DNA of 61,300 bases, the filler included, from Fonticula-like sp. SCN 57-25 (lineage: Eukaryota): NCBI GenBank assembly GCA_001724245.1. It is 2 parts of 2 records of this genome, joined end to end, with 100 filler letters (N's around TTAATTAATTAA, not from the genome) between each part and the next. Parts side by side here need not be neighbours in the genome. Positions count along the whole stretch, not along the records: positions 31,214 to 61,300 come from MEDX01000047.1; 1 more part is not named here. One strand, written 5' to 3'. Numbering within the stretch: position 1 is the stretch's first letter; each line of letters begins with the position of its first letter. Shown one piece after another: positions 36,523 through 48,200 of this stretch. Under the pieces are notes generated by a model. It did not search any database and had not been told where the DNA came from. It saw nothing but the letters and a program-made list of their open reading frames with translations. Made by a program: the position numbers and the translations under genes.

Positions 36523-37912
36523 ATGAAGCCTTCCGTGCTGTCTGTGGCCGCCCTGGCCCTCGTGTTTGCCGGCGTTGCGTGCGCGACGAACCGCACGTAC
36601 TACCTTGCGGCGGTCGAGGTCGACTGGGACTATGCTCCCTCTGGCATTGATCAGTGGCACAACGTGCCGCTCGAGGAGTCGGACGATGCCGCCGTGTTCT
36701 GCACGCGCGACGACACGCACATTGGCCGCGTTTACCGCAAGGCGATCTTCCGCGGCTACACGGACGAGACCTTTTCGCAGCAGATCGAGACGCCCGCCTG
36801 GATGGGCTTCCTCGGCCCCGTGATCCGCGCCGAGGTCGGCGATGAGGTGCACGTGGTCTTTAAGAACCTCGCTTCCCGCCCGTACAGCATCCACCCGCAC
36901 GGCGTCCACTACACCAAGGAGCACGAGGGTGCGTGATGGCCGCAGAGGACAGTGGAAAAGCGGCGATGCTGACCATTTTTTGTTAGGTGCGACTTACCAC
37001 GATGGCTATGACACGATCGGCGATTCGATCGCGCCGAACGCGACGTACACGTACATCTGGACTGTCCCTGAGCGCTCCGGCCCCGGCCCCAGCGACGGCA
37101 ACTCGGTGCTGTGGTCGTACCACTCGCACGTGAGCGAGTCCAAGGACGTTTACGCCGGCCTCATGGGCCCGATCGTCGTGTACAAGCCGGGCACGCTCGG
37201 CGAGAACGGCCTCCCCAACGGCATCGACCGTGAGTACTTTGTGTTCCTGCTCGTCGTCGATGAGAACCAGAGGTGCGTTGGCGTGCTTTAGTGTGTAAAA
37301 GTGTCATTTTTATGTACAAATTTGTCATATTTTTATGTGCAAATGTGCCATACCGAGATGTGTTTTTGTGTTTTTTGCATTATCTTTGCTGCAATGTGCT
37401 CACACTCCTGCAGCTGGTACCTTGACCACAACATCCAGACGTACTGCTACACGCCCGACGAGGTCGACGTTGAGGACGACGTCTTTGTCGAGAGCAACCT
37501 GATGCACGCCGTCAACGGCTTTGTCTTTGCCAACCTCAACGAGATGTTTATGTGCGTCGACGAGACCGTCCACTGGCACACGTGGGCGCTCGGCACCGAG
37601 GTCGACCTGCACAGCTGGCACTGGCACGGCAACACGCTCCTGCACTCTGGTGCGTCACTTTTAATGTCCAATCACGCTCGTTTGCTGACTCTTTGTTTAG
37701 GCCACCGCACCGACGTCATTGAGCTGCTGCCGGCGACGATGCGCACGCTCGAGATGACGCCCGACAACGCGGGCAACTGGGCCGCGCACTGCCACGTGTC
37801 GGACCACGCGCCCAGCATGACGCTCTACTTCCAGGTGGCCGAGAAGGACAAGTGCGACCAGGGCATTCAGCACTGGCTGCCCAAGCAGGGCGCCCGCGGA
37901 ACCGGCTTTTAA
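36523..37912 (+). CDS. Secreted two-domain multicopper oxidase of ceruloplasmin/hephaestin type (379 aa); introns 36929-36986, 37273-37413, 37650-37700
   Basis: Signal peptide; RTYYLAAVEVDWDYAP, YRKAIFRGYTD, GFLGPVIRAEVGD, HPHG, YHSH, DENQSWYL, HAVNG, DLHSWHWHG, HCHVSDH...M. Confidence 0.92.
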
Positions 37913-38123
37913 TGCAGATGGTGTCTGTGATTCCATTGTAAAGCAATAAAAGACATTTCTGTTGAAACATTGCGCAAAACAGTCATTTCTGCTGCTGAAT
38001 CAATCATTCAACATCAATCATTTGACACTGCTCAATGCATAAAATAATAAACGAGTTCATTTCCAATCAATTGTTATTAAAACTTTTCTGTTCCTTTGCT
38101 ACATTCATCTTCCTTTTTCCCGC

Positions 38124-41100
38124 TCAGCGCCCCTTTGTCTTGAGCCTCTCCTCCGGGTGATCATAATCCTTGAGCTTGAAGATCAGCTTGCGCGCCTGGA
38201 ACACGTCGTTGATAATGATCGTAAACTCCTTGATGATCTTGTCGTCGGCCGGCGTCCCGAGCGCGAGCAGCAGCTTCCTCGTATCGACGAGCGCCTCCTG
38301 CAGATCGTTCGTGGTATCGAACGCGTCCATTTCAGTCATGCCGTGACCCTTTGTGAGCGAGTACAGCGACCTGTACGTGTACAGCGTGAGCGCAAACCCG
38401 TCGATGCGCGCGTTCGCCTCAAACGTCGGAATCAGCGTCGCGTCAATTCCGAGGTCGAGCGCGGCGCTGTTGACGAGGTCGGCGGCCGACGCAAACAGGT
38501 CCGTCTTGCCCGAGCTCGCCGCGTACGGCGACCGCGTCGCAATGTCATACTTGTTGCGGAACAGCTGCACAAACACGGGCGTCCCGGCCATCTCCTTCTT
38601 GTCAAAGTCGTCGTCAAAGAGCGGCAGAGAAAGCTGCGTCAGCGGCAGCGCATTCGGGTCGGGCACCTCAGTCTCAGTGTCCTCATCCTCATCCTCGTCC
38701 TCCTCGGTGACAGCGTCGATAAGCTCGCGGCCCATCGACCCAAACACGGCGAGCGCCGAGCGGTCCACCTGCTGCAGCACGGCCGCCGTCGCGTCGTCGA
38801 GCGGCGGCAGGGCGGCAAACGTCGTAATCTTGTTTTCCGTCGCGAAGCGCTCAATGGCCGGGTCGACCGCCTTGCGCGCAAAGAGGCGCGCGCACACGAG
38901 CAAGAGGTTGGGCACGCCCTCGACCGTCTTTGGCGCCTTGAGAATGGCGTTCAGGTGGCCGCTGCGGAAGAGGTGCAGGAACGCAAACTGCGCCTCGCCG
39001 AGCGAGACGAGCCGCGCCGCGTCGCGCGAGCCGAGCAGGCCCGACGACATGGCGCCCTGGCGGCGGTAAAAGTCGAGCAGGTAGCGCGCGAGGTACTTTT
39101 GCGGCGCCGCAGCCTTGGCGTTTGTAAACACATTCATCGACTTTGTGACGAGGTTGACGACGCCGTCGTGCACGCGCTTGACGGACGGGTCGTCCGGGTC
39201 GAGAGTGCGCTCGGCGACGATGCTCTGGTGCACGACGCGGTAGAACGAGTCCGATTGCAGCGGGCGCGCCTCCTTGAACGACGACAGCGGCGTCGTCAGC
39301 AGCGCGCGGACCTTGCTGTGCGGCAGGCCGAAAAAGACAACGTGGCCGACGTCGTCCTGGCCACGGCGGCCGGCGCGGCCGCCCATCTGGCGGTAGTTGA
39401 CAGAGTCAATGTACAGGCCGTCGCCGCAGAAGACGACAGAGCGGCACGGCATGTTGATGCCGAGCGACAGCGTGCCCGTCGCAAAGATGACGTTGAGCTG
39501 GCGCATGCGGAAAAGCATCTCGACAATACGGCGGTACTGCGACGGCATCTGACGGTGGTGCACGCCAATGCCGCGCTCGAGGCCGGTCACGAACGAGTGG
39601 TGCAGACCGGTGCGCGCGAGGCGCTTGATGCGGCCTTCAATGTACTTTTTCAGGCTGTCGTCAACGCGGTTGTCGGGGTTGAGGAAAGAGTGGTCGAGCA
39701 GCATCTTGAACTGAAGACCGGCGCTCGTGCGGCCTTCGCTCGGCGCGAGCATCTCGGCCTGCTCCTGATTCAGGCCCTGCTTCTGCTTCTTCATGAACGC
39801 CTCGACGCGCTTGGCGTGCGCCTCCTCGCGCGCCTCCAGCTCATGAAGGCTCCGTTTCCACTCGGGCTTGCTGCGCGCGATCTCTTCCTCGCGAAGAAGC
39901 GACTCGACAGTGGCACGCAAAAGGCGGTCGCAGCGGCCCGCGCTAAAGCTAAAGGCAATGACGGGCAGCTTGTCCTGCGCCTTGAGCGTGCGCAGCAGCC
40001 CGGGGATGCCCTTCTCGAGGTACTCGTTGTCGACGAGCGTCAGGCCCTCGCGGCCCCACGCCTTCTCGACCTCCTCCGTCGCGGCGACGACCTTGCCGCC
40101 GAGGCGCTGAATCACCTGGCCGACCTGCGCGCAGCGGCGCGACTGGACGAGACGGCAGAAAAAGGCCAAAAGCTCCTTTTGGTACGCGATAAAAGTGTCG
40201 CGCGTGACAATGTCCGTAAAGTACGTCGTCGGCTCGAGCGCGGCGAGGTCGCGGTCCTCCTTGCCGAGCACGCGGACGAGCGCGCGGTGAAGCGTGTACG
40301 CCTCATCGGGGGGGAGGAAAAGATCGGGCGGGAGGTACTGGCTCGTGGGGACGCCAGAGAGCGCAAGGGCGTCAAGCTCTTCCCACGAGAAAAGCGCAAG
40401 CGAGTGCAGCGAATGAAGCGTCTCGGCGGGCGCAGCAGCGGGCGCAGCAGCAGCAGCAGCAGCAGCAGGCGTGGCAGCAGCAGGCGTAGCAACAGCGGCA
40501 TCAGCAGGAACATCGGCCTTTTCCTCATCCTCGGCCTCCGGAATAACCTGGTCTTCCTCCACCTTTGCCTTCACCTCTGGCATCGGGAGGTAGACGTGCT
40601 TGTTGAGGTCGTTGTAGCGGTACTGCGCGTCGATGAACGACACGCGGCTGACGTCGGCGTGCACCTGCCTGAGCCACTCCTCGAGCAGCTTGGGGCTTCC
40701 AATGGTGGCGGAAAGCGCGAGGAAAGGCGCGCGGCAGAGCAGCAAAAGGCGCTCCCAGACGTTACCCTCGGGACTGTTAATGCAGTGAACCTCGTCAAAG
40801 ATAAAGTAGCGGATGCGCGACACCCAGTCCATGACCTTTTTGCTGGGCGACAGGAGCAGCTCCTCGAGCGCCGACGGCGAGCAAACGAGCACCTGCGAGT
40901 TGAACACGTTGATCTCGAGCTGGTCCGTGTAGGCGCCGACAGCGTGGCGCATGGCGCCGCCCGACGGGTACGACTTGTTGTAGCGGGCATTCACCTCGGC
41001 AAACACCTGGTTGACAAGCGCCTGAATGGGCGCAACAAAGACGGCGACGCCCTCGTTGTCCTCGTAGAGAACGCGGCGCAGGCAGTACGCCGAAATGAAC

Positions 41101-43394
41101 GTCTTGCCGGCCGACGACGGCGCGCAAACAACAGCGCTCTCGTTTCGGTCGACAATGTCGAGCAGAGCGCGCTGCCACGGGTCGGGCGCGAACGGGACGC
41201 GCTCGTCGTGCGCGTGCTTCTCGCGAGGCAGCTTGTGGCCGAGGAAGCGCAGCTGAATCTCCTGGATGCTCGGGCGCACAACCGTCGACGCGCGCGGCTC
41301 CTCCATCGGAGCGGGCATCGACCACAGCGTCGACAGCGACGTCACCATATCGGCAAAGCCCACGTTGTGCACGTTCACCATGAGCAGCTGACGCTGCGTC
41401 ATCGTCACCTCGGACTTGTCCGTCCCCGACTTGAGCACAGACACGAGACGGCGCACGGCAGTGAAAAGCGCAAGCGCAATCGTCGCATTCTTGACATTGT
41501 TCACCGTCGGGCTGTTGCCGCTGCGGTTACGCCACTGCTCATAGGTCGTCTGGAACTCGGCGACGAGCATTGCGGCCGTCACGGGCGGCGACGTCTTGGC
41601 GGCGAACGTAGCAATGTGACCGCGTGCAACAATCGTCTCCGCTTCAAGCTGGCCGAGAAGCGTCGTTGCGACATTGCGCTGGAAGGCAGCGTCAATCGCC
41701 TTGAGGCGCTGCTCCTTGAGGCTCAGCGCGCCGCCGCGGCCGCCAGAGCCGCGCGACGAATCCTCGTCATCATCAGCAATATCATCCTCATAGTCGCCGC
41801 CGTCGTCGTCGTCGTTGCCAGTGCCGCCCGATGCGACGCGCGACAATTCGTCGTCGTCGCCGAGCGTGTCCGCCGCGTCGGCCTCGTCTTCCTCATCATC
41901 GTCAAAGTCGTCCTCGTCCATGCCGGGCAGGTCGCAGTCAAAGGCAATCTGCGCGTCGACCGAGCGCAGGCTGTCGTACAGAGCGTCGGTGCCGGCGGGG
42001 GCCGCGGGCGCTCCCGTGCGGAGCTGCTCGAGGGCGAGCGCGAGCCCGGCGGGCGTCGCAGCCGGCCAGATCGGCTCAAAGTTGGCGGCGTCGGCCTCGG
42101 AAACGGCCTCGGGCGCCATGGCGGCCACGTCGCGCCACATGCGCATCACGAGCGTCTTGAGGACGCCGTTGGCCGCAAGAAGCGTCGTCGCAGAGTTGCG
42201 CGCGGCGATGGACGCGACCGCGTGAAGAACGCGGCCGTCAAGCCAGTCGACGACGTTGGTCGGGAGCGGCTGCGGGTTCGGGCGCGCGGCAAAGTGGCGC
42301 TGCGCCGACACAAAGTGCAGGCTGAGCGCGTCGATAAACTCGACGAGAAGCGCGCTCGGGGCGGCAACCTTCTGGGCGCGCGCGCGCGAGTCGACAAAGT
42401 GGAGCAGCGCAACGTGCAGCACGTAGAGCTTGCACAGCGGGAGGAACTCGGCGCGGCGGTCGGGGAGGTGCTTGAGGATGCTCGCGGCGACACCCGACGC
42501 GATCTGCGACGCCATCGTCTCGGCGGAGGGGTCCGCCTTGCGCGCCACAAAGGTCAGCGGGAGCGACGCAGAGTGCTGCTGAAGCCAGTCGCGCGCGAGA
42601 GCCGCCTCGGACTGCGACGCGTACAGCGAGAGGTGATCGCTCGTGAGCGGCGGGATGTGCATCGCGATGCGGACGGGGCGCGCCATCGAGCCGTAGCAGT
42701 GCGTGCCCTCAAGCTCAATCGTCTCCCAGAAAAGCACAGAGTGGTTACGCGAGAGCGAGACAGCAGCGAGGACGCGCGAGTGCTCCTCAATCTCGGAGAG
42801 GCGCACGCGGGATGCCAGCTCAGTGACCGGCACGTTCGGGGCGCTGCGCGCGGGAACGAACACAAGGGGGAGCGAGCCGCCAAGATGCTCATCGGCAAAC
42901 GTGTTGATCGTAGAGTAGCGCTCAACGAAAATGCGCGGCTGGAGACGCTTCTTCTGGAGCTGGAGGTGCGTCAGGATCGCGTGGCGAAGCGCGAGCAGAC
43001 GGGGGTGCGCAGCCCAGCTCTGCGCCAGATTGTCGAAAAAGACAATGATGATGCGCGCATCAGAGAGGGACGCAAGCATCTGAGAGAGGCGGCGCTCAAT
43101 GTGGAAGGCAGCGTGCACAGGCTGACCACCATAGAGCGTGTCCACGACATCGACCGTCTCGGCGAGGAGACTGTCGCCGTGTACGATCACCGTGCGGCTG
43201 ACGTCGACAAGTGCGCTGACATCCTCGCGCTGCGGGCGGCTCAGCAAAAGAAGCTGATCAGCAAGCTTGGCGACATCAGAGGCAGTGGAAGCGGTCTTCG
43301 CTAGGGACGAAGCCGACGCCACGGCGTCACCAATTACCTCGTCAAAGATGAGATTCTCATCCACCGTCTCGAAGAAGGTCTTCTTGATCGGCAT
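38124..43394 (-). CDS. DDX60: DDX60-like Ski2-family DEVH RNA helicase, intronless
   Basis: FAPDPWQRALLDIVDRNESAVVCAPSSAGKTFIS, IFDEVH, PFLALSATIG, GIGVHH, VIFATGTLSLGINMPCRSVVF, YRQMGGRAGRRG; long N-terminal region (VHGDSLL, QPVHAAFHIE). Confidence 0.85.
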   Translation of the reverse strand: MPIKKTFFETVDENLIFDEVIGDAVASASSLAKTASTASDVAKLADQLLLLSRPQREDVSALVDVSRTVIVHGDSLLAETVDVVDTLYGGQPVHAAFHIERRLSQMLASLSDARIIIVFFDNLAQSWAAHPRLLALRHAILTHLQLQKKRLQPRIFVERYSTINTFADEHLGGSLPLVFVPARSAPNVPVTELASRVRLSEIEEHSRVLAAVSLSRNHSVLFWETIELEGTHCYGSMARPVRIAMHIPPLTSDHLSLYASQSEAALARDWLQQHSASLPLTFVARKADPSAETMASQIASGVAASILKHLPDRRAEFLPLCKLYVLHVALLHFVDSRARAQKVAAPSALLVEFIDALSLHFVSAQRHFAARPNPQPLPTNVVDWLDGRVLHAVASIAARNSATTLLAANGVLKTLVMRMWRDVAAMAPEAVSEADAANFEPIWPAATPAGLALALEQLRTGAPAAPAGTDALYDSLRSVDAQIAFDCDLPGMDEDDFDDDEEDEADAADTLGDDDELSRVASGGTGNDDDDGGDYEDDIADDDEDSSRGSGGRGGALSLKEQRLKAIDAAFQRNVATTLLGQLEAETIVARGHIATFAAKTSPPVTAAMLVAEFQTTYEQWRNRSGNSPTVNNVKNATIALALFTAVRRLVSVLKSGTDKSEVTMTQRQLLMVNVHNVGFADMVTSLSTLWSMPAPMEEPRASTVVRPSIQEIQLRFLGHKLPREKHAHDERVPFAPDPWQRALLDIVDRNESAVVCAPSSAGKTFISAYCLRRVLYEDNEGVAVFVAPIQALVNQVFAEVNARYNKSYPSGGAMRHAVGAYTDQLEINVFNSQVLVCSPSALEELLLSPSKKVMDWVSRIRYFIFDEVHCINSPEGNVWERLLLLCRAPFLALSATIGSPKLLEEWLRQVHADVSRVSFIDAQYRYNDLNKHVYLPMPEVKAKVEEDQVIPEAEDEEKADVPADAAVATPAAATPAAAAAAAAPAAAPAETLHSLHSLALFSWEELDALALSGVPTSQYLPPDLFLPPDEAYTLHRALVRVLGKEDRDLAALEPTTYFTDIVTRDTFIAYQKELLAFFCRLVQSRRCAQVGQVIQRLGGKVVAATEEVEKAWGREGLTLVDNEYLEKGIPGLLRTLKAQDKLPVIAFSFSAGRCDRLLRATVESLLREEEIARSKPEWKRSLHELEAREEAHAKRVEAFMKKQKQGLNQEQAEMLAPSEGRTSAGLQFKMLLDHSFLNPDNRVDDSLKKYIEGRIKRLARTGLHHSFVTGLERGIGVHHRQMPSQYRRIVEMLFRMRQLNVIFATGTLSLGINMPCRSVVFCGDGLYIDSVNYRQMGGRAGRRGQDDVGHVVFFGLPHSKVRALLTTPLSSFKEARPLQSDSFYRVVHQSIVAERTLDPDDPSVKRVHDGVVNLVTKSMNVFTNAKAAAPQKYLARYLLDFYRRQGAMSSGLLGSRDAARLVSLGEAQFAFLHLFRSGHLNAILKAPKTVEGVPNLLLVCARLFARKAVDPAIERFATENKITTFAALPPLDDATAAVLQQVDRSALAVFGSMGRELIDAVTEEDEDEDEDTETEVPDPNALPLTQLSLPLFDDDFDKKEMAGTPVFVQLFRNKYDIATRSPYAASSGKTDLFASAADLVNSAALDLGIDATLIPTFEANARIDGFALTLYTYRSLYSLTKGHGMTEMDAFDTTNDLQEALVDTRKLLLALGTPADDKIIKEFTIIINDVFQARKLIFKLKDYDHPEERLKTKGR

Positions 43395-43785
43395 GGCAGG
43401 CAAAAAGCATCTAAAGTCGGTCACGGTCGGTCACGGTCGGTTTAAAAGAGTGAAATTTTGTGAAAATCTGATGTATGCCAACAATGCCAACGAGCCCGCA
43501 GGGCGGCATACAACACGTAATCATTGCTTTCACGCTTGCAGTGTGCCTTGAATAGGAAAAAAAGTGCTTTGTGACAGTTAATTTCGGCATATGGACACTG
43601 TAAATATGCCTTCAGTACATTGCCAAGTACGTACTTTTCAGTCATACTAGGCATACCGCCATATTGCATGCACAACAAAATGAATAGTAACATCATATTA
43701 AACATTAAAAACAATAATACAAAGGCATACTGAATATGATACAACGCACTGACAGCACGTCAACAATCACTATTAATCCAACTCA

Positions 43786-44807
43786 CTATGTTGGGTTCTT
43801 CTTGGCCAACCCACTGTCTTCGGTCGCCCTCGACTTTTCCCACGTGTAGTACGATGACCCCGCCAAGATGAGCGCAATGCCCATGGCGCTCGTCGTGGTC
43901 AGCGAGTCGCCCAGCAGACTCACCGCGAGCAGCGTTTGGAGGGCGCCGCGCGCCGCCGACGAGATCATGTGCGTCACTGGTGATGTCACTTGAATTTGAA
44001 GAAAGCCCGCCAAATTGATTAAAAGCCCAAATGCGCCCTGGAAAAATTACATTTTGGGGTTAGTTAAGTAGACGTAATATGGGGACGTGGCAGACTCTGC
44101 CGGCGTACGGTAAAACCAAGCTGGATGGCAAACTGGCGAGACAGCACAGGGTCCTGGAGCATCGCCATGACAGCGTCCCTTTCCAGCGGCCATGCCAGCA
44201 TGGCAAAGGGAATGAGAGCGATCGCCGAGAGGATGTTGTTGTAAAAGATCAGGTTGGTCATGTTGTCGCCGACCGCGCTGATGGAACGCTTGATGACGAC
44301 GGCATGAAGTGCTGTCGTGATGCTTGAAGAGACGCCAAAGATGACGCCGATAACAGAGAGCTCCAGCTCGCCAGCGACGCCGACCCAAAAGCCCAGGACG
44401 ACGATGGCGCAGGCGCCCAGGATGTTTGGCGTCGGGATCACGCTGAGGAACAGGAACGACAGGAGCACTGTGAAAGGAAGCACGAGGGATCGCGCCACCT
44501 GATAGTGCGCTGCAGACACGTAGCCAAGGCAGAGCGTGTTAAGCGCAAGACCGACGACGTTGATGCCGATCAGCGGCACAAGAGGGCGCCAATCCTGAGC
44601 AAACTCGGCGAGCGTAGGAATGCGAAATACGCGCGATGCTCCAAGAATGTAAAGCAGAATGGCCGCGATCCACAATTGCGCTAGTAAAACTGTCAAGGGA
44701 GCGTGCACGTTTCTCAGCATCACCTTGTTGACAAGCACCATGGTAATGCTCGACACAATATAAAAGAGCACGGCGCCGGCGACGCGCCATGCACTTTGGC
44801 GCGCCAT
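43786..44807 (-). CDS. SLC35C1: GDP-fucose transporter-like nucleotide-sugar transporter; 1 intron
   Basis: SITMVLVNK, NTLCLGYV, YQVARSLVLPF, YNN, LQIQVTSPVTHMISSAARG; multiple transmembrane helices. Confidence 0.85.
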
Positions 44808-45241
44808 CGCGAGTAAGACTACTGCGATTGGTCAAAATTTAGCAGATATTTATTTATTGACCAATCGATATTTTAATCTGCATTTTTGCAGCATTTTGTG
44901 ACGAAGTAAATATCTCTGCATGCATGTTGGTTATTAATTAACAAATAGCTCGTCATTCTAGTCTGAGTCGCGTTTTTAACGTTACGGAGAACTGTTTTTT
45001 GAACATTGACTATATTCAATATGGGATGAATATCGAGTCATGTCAGTAAGAGTATGTGAGTATAGTTTACTTGAATTTCAAACGCAAAAGCAATTTTTGA
45101 AAAACGTCCATTCCCATTCCCATTGATTACTTGATACATACACATATATTTCAACTATTTATTCATCTTTTATGCATCTAATTCACCATAAACATTTAAC
45201 CTCTTTATTCATACAATATATTACATATTCATATATCATCT

Positions 45242-48200
45242 CTACACCTCCCTTGCGCTCTGCTGCGCCCACATGATCGACCTAAACTGATCCAGCGTGA
45301 CATTATCCGCCACCGCCTTCTCCCTCTTCCCCCCCTCCTCCTCCCCCTGCCCCCTCGCCCCACTCCTCGCCGTCATCTCCTCAATCGACTCTTCCACCGT
45401 ATCCACGGCAACAAACCTGTGCACATACGTCTTTTTCTTCTGACCAATCCTGTGCACTCTGCCGACCGCCTGCCTTTCCAGCGCGCCATTCACGAGCGGC
45501 TCCATGAGGACCACGTGGGTCGCCCCGACAAGTGTGAGCCCGCTGGACTGTGTGCGCGCGCTGAGCAGCAGCACTTTAATTTCGGGGTCTGTTCTGAAGG
45601 CGTGGACAAGTTTTGACCGCTCTGCGCCGCTGCCGACGCCGCCCAATCGCACTGCTCGAACACCATTTTCCCTTAAAGAGTCGTCAACAAGCCGCAAAAG
45701 GTCGTCCCATTGCGAAAAAACGAGCGTTTTCGCCTCTGCACTTGCACTATTCAAGTGCACGACAAGCCTCAAAACAGCGTCAATTTTACTACTCACGCGC
45801 CTCACAATCGCCACACTACTATCCAATCCCGGATGTTCCGCTTCCCCAATTTCTTCATTTTCACCGCCGCCAAGTACACGTGGCCCGTCTCGCTGCCACT
45901 TTAAAACTGCGCTGTGCCGCACAGGCGCCTTGCACACGGGGCACGACGCGTGGCGGCGCATCCACCGCTCAAGGCAGTCTTCACAGAACGCGTGTCCACA
46001 GGGCGTCAGCACGCCTGTCACAATGTCTTGTGTGCATACGACACATGTTTCTTGCGTGCGCGGCTGAGCAGCGCCGCCATTCAAGTGCGAAAGATAGGCG
46101 AGGCGGCCGCGCGCGGCGGTCAAATCGGTCTCGAGACGCGCAAGTTGGCCACGTAGCTGACGCGATTCCTCATTGGGCGACGCGACATTCTCTGGCATCG
46201 CAACTTGATCAGACAATCGCTGCAGCTGCCGATAGTAAAGAATTCTTGAATTGTCCACGTGACGAAGCCGCGCTGCTTCCGTATCGAGTCTGCGCAGCGC
46301 CGCAATCTGCGCGTCAATAACAGCATAGAGCCGCGTGGCCGTATGCGAAAGAAAAGCGCCTTCTTTGGAATTGGTGTCGCGGAGCTGCGCCGCGCGCTGC
46401 ACAATAAGGCGGTAAAGTCCGCGGAGGTCACGTGCGCCGCCCGACGCCGACGCGTGGCCGACAAGTGCGCGCCGCTTTGCAAGTAATTTCTGATGCGACT
46501 CAATGGCGGCGCCGACATTGGCTTGGCGCTCGGCGTCGTCGCCATAATCAACTTGAAGCTCGCTCGTCAGCTGCTCATACAGTGACGCACGTGCGCGGCA
46601 AAGTTCAGCAAGGTTTGCATTGAGCGAGCCAAATAGCCGCGAAAGGTCGGCGAGCTCTTCCGACATTGTCAGCGCCGACGGGAAAGATGACGCGTCGACA
46701 TAAAGTTCGCGCTCGTCTTTGGCGACAAGGGCGAGGGCGGCGGGGAGGTCGAGTGTTGTTGCGGTGGGTGAGACACACGTGGCCAGCTGGGAAAGGCGTC
46801 GGGAAGTGATTGAGGTGACGACGCGCATGATGTCGCCGCGGATTTTTTCGGCTTGGTCGAAAAGGGCGTCGGCAATTGATTTGTTCTCGGTGGCATCAAT
46901 CGACAACGCACATTCAATAGGCAAAATGGCAGAAATTGCAGTTGAATTTGATGTTGAAGTAGTAGAAGTTGAAGTATTTGATGATGATACGACTCTTGCT
47001 GATGATGATACGTCATCTGAAACACCAGATTTACCTGCCACATTTGCCTTGCTTACGTCATCAATATGTGTATCGATGTCCATGGCTGAACTCATATCTG
47101 CGCCACGTGCCTGCTCACCATTGCTCACTCCACCAATCACATTCTCAATCTTGATATTCTCACCAGTCTCAGTTTCCTTTGTCGCGTCGTCTGCGCGATG
47201 AAGAAAAACCGACGCCGTATTGAACATGACCGTGTGCTTCACCTCGAGCCAGCTGCGCAGCGCGTCGCCGTGCTCACGCCGCTTGCTCTTTGCAACACCC
47301 TCATCATCTGCGTCATCAATGACGTCATCATCATCACTGTCATCGTCATCATTTTCTTCTTCTTCTTCTTGCTGTGCTTCTGCTTCAGCAATATTTTTTT
47401 GTACTTGCTCGATGGCCGCGTCAGCCTGCCGCCTCGCCTCGGCATACATTCTCAGCGCGCCATCAAATTCCTTTTCCAGCTCCATCATAACACCCTGCCT
47501 AATCAAATTCGCACAAACGGCGCGTCCGAGCTGGCCCGCATGCGCACGTGCCTGCGCCAATAGCACGTCGAGCACCTCGGCCATTGACCGCGTGGCGGCG
47601 CCGAATGTGCGGTGGCCAAACGCGCCAAAAGTGCGGTGGCCAAACGTGCCGAGCTGGGGGTGGCAGCAGGCCTGGCGGAGCTGAAGGAGTTGAGAGGCAA
47701 AGCTGGTGTCCAATGGCGCGCTGCCGTCGTGATCGGAGGCAGAGGCGTGAAGGGAAGCAGAGGCGGTGACAAGGCGCTCAAGTACGCGGTTGTAGTTGTA
47801 TGTTTCGACTTGTGATAGGCGCACGCGGACAGTCAAGTGTGTCGGAGGCGACAAAGCGACTTCATTGCTGACAAGGCGTTTTGAGGAGCGCCACACGTGT
47901 GCGCGCACATGGTCAAGCAAGCGTCGGCCTATCAAAGTCAAAGGTTTTTAGTCATTTTTAGTCGATTTTAAGCCAATGAAAAGCTCGCGTACGTTGAATT
48001 CCGGTGAGATTTCGCCAATTTGAGAGCCCATCGAGCGGCTCTTGGCGCAAAAAAAGCGTCAAACCCGCCACGTCATCAAGCCCATGTGGCCCATACGGCG
48101 TTCCCGTCACAGCCCATCTATGCGCCGCATTAAGCCGCCTCGCGAGATCGGCAATATTGCTCGTCGTTGTTTCCACCATCTGCGCCTCGTCAAGGCAAAC

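Noticed and set aside
33474-37912. Copper gene cluster (COMMD7 near the multicopper oxidase)
   Set aside because: COMMD7 is a general endosomal trafficking subunit; proximity is expected by chance in so dense a genome.
38157-43304. 1715-aa + strand ORF antisense to the DDX60-like gene
   Set aside because: Codon-aligned shadow of a GC3-rich gene; Arg/Leu/Val-rich with no motifs. Similar shadows occur opposite MRI1, GOT2, FA2H and P5B.
43416-43441. GTCGGTCACG tandem at the DDX60 5' end and the GTG start at 43424
   Set aside because: Short 10-bp duplication in the 5' UTR; the first ATG is at 43394.
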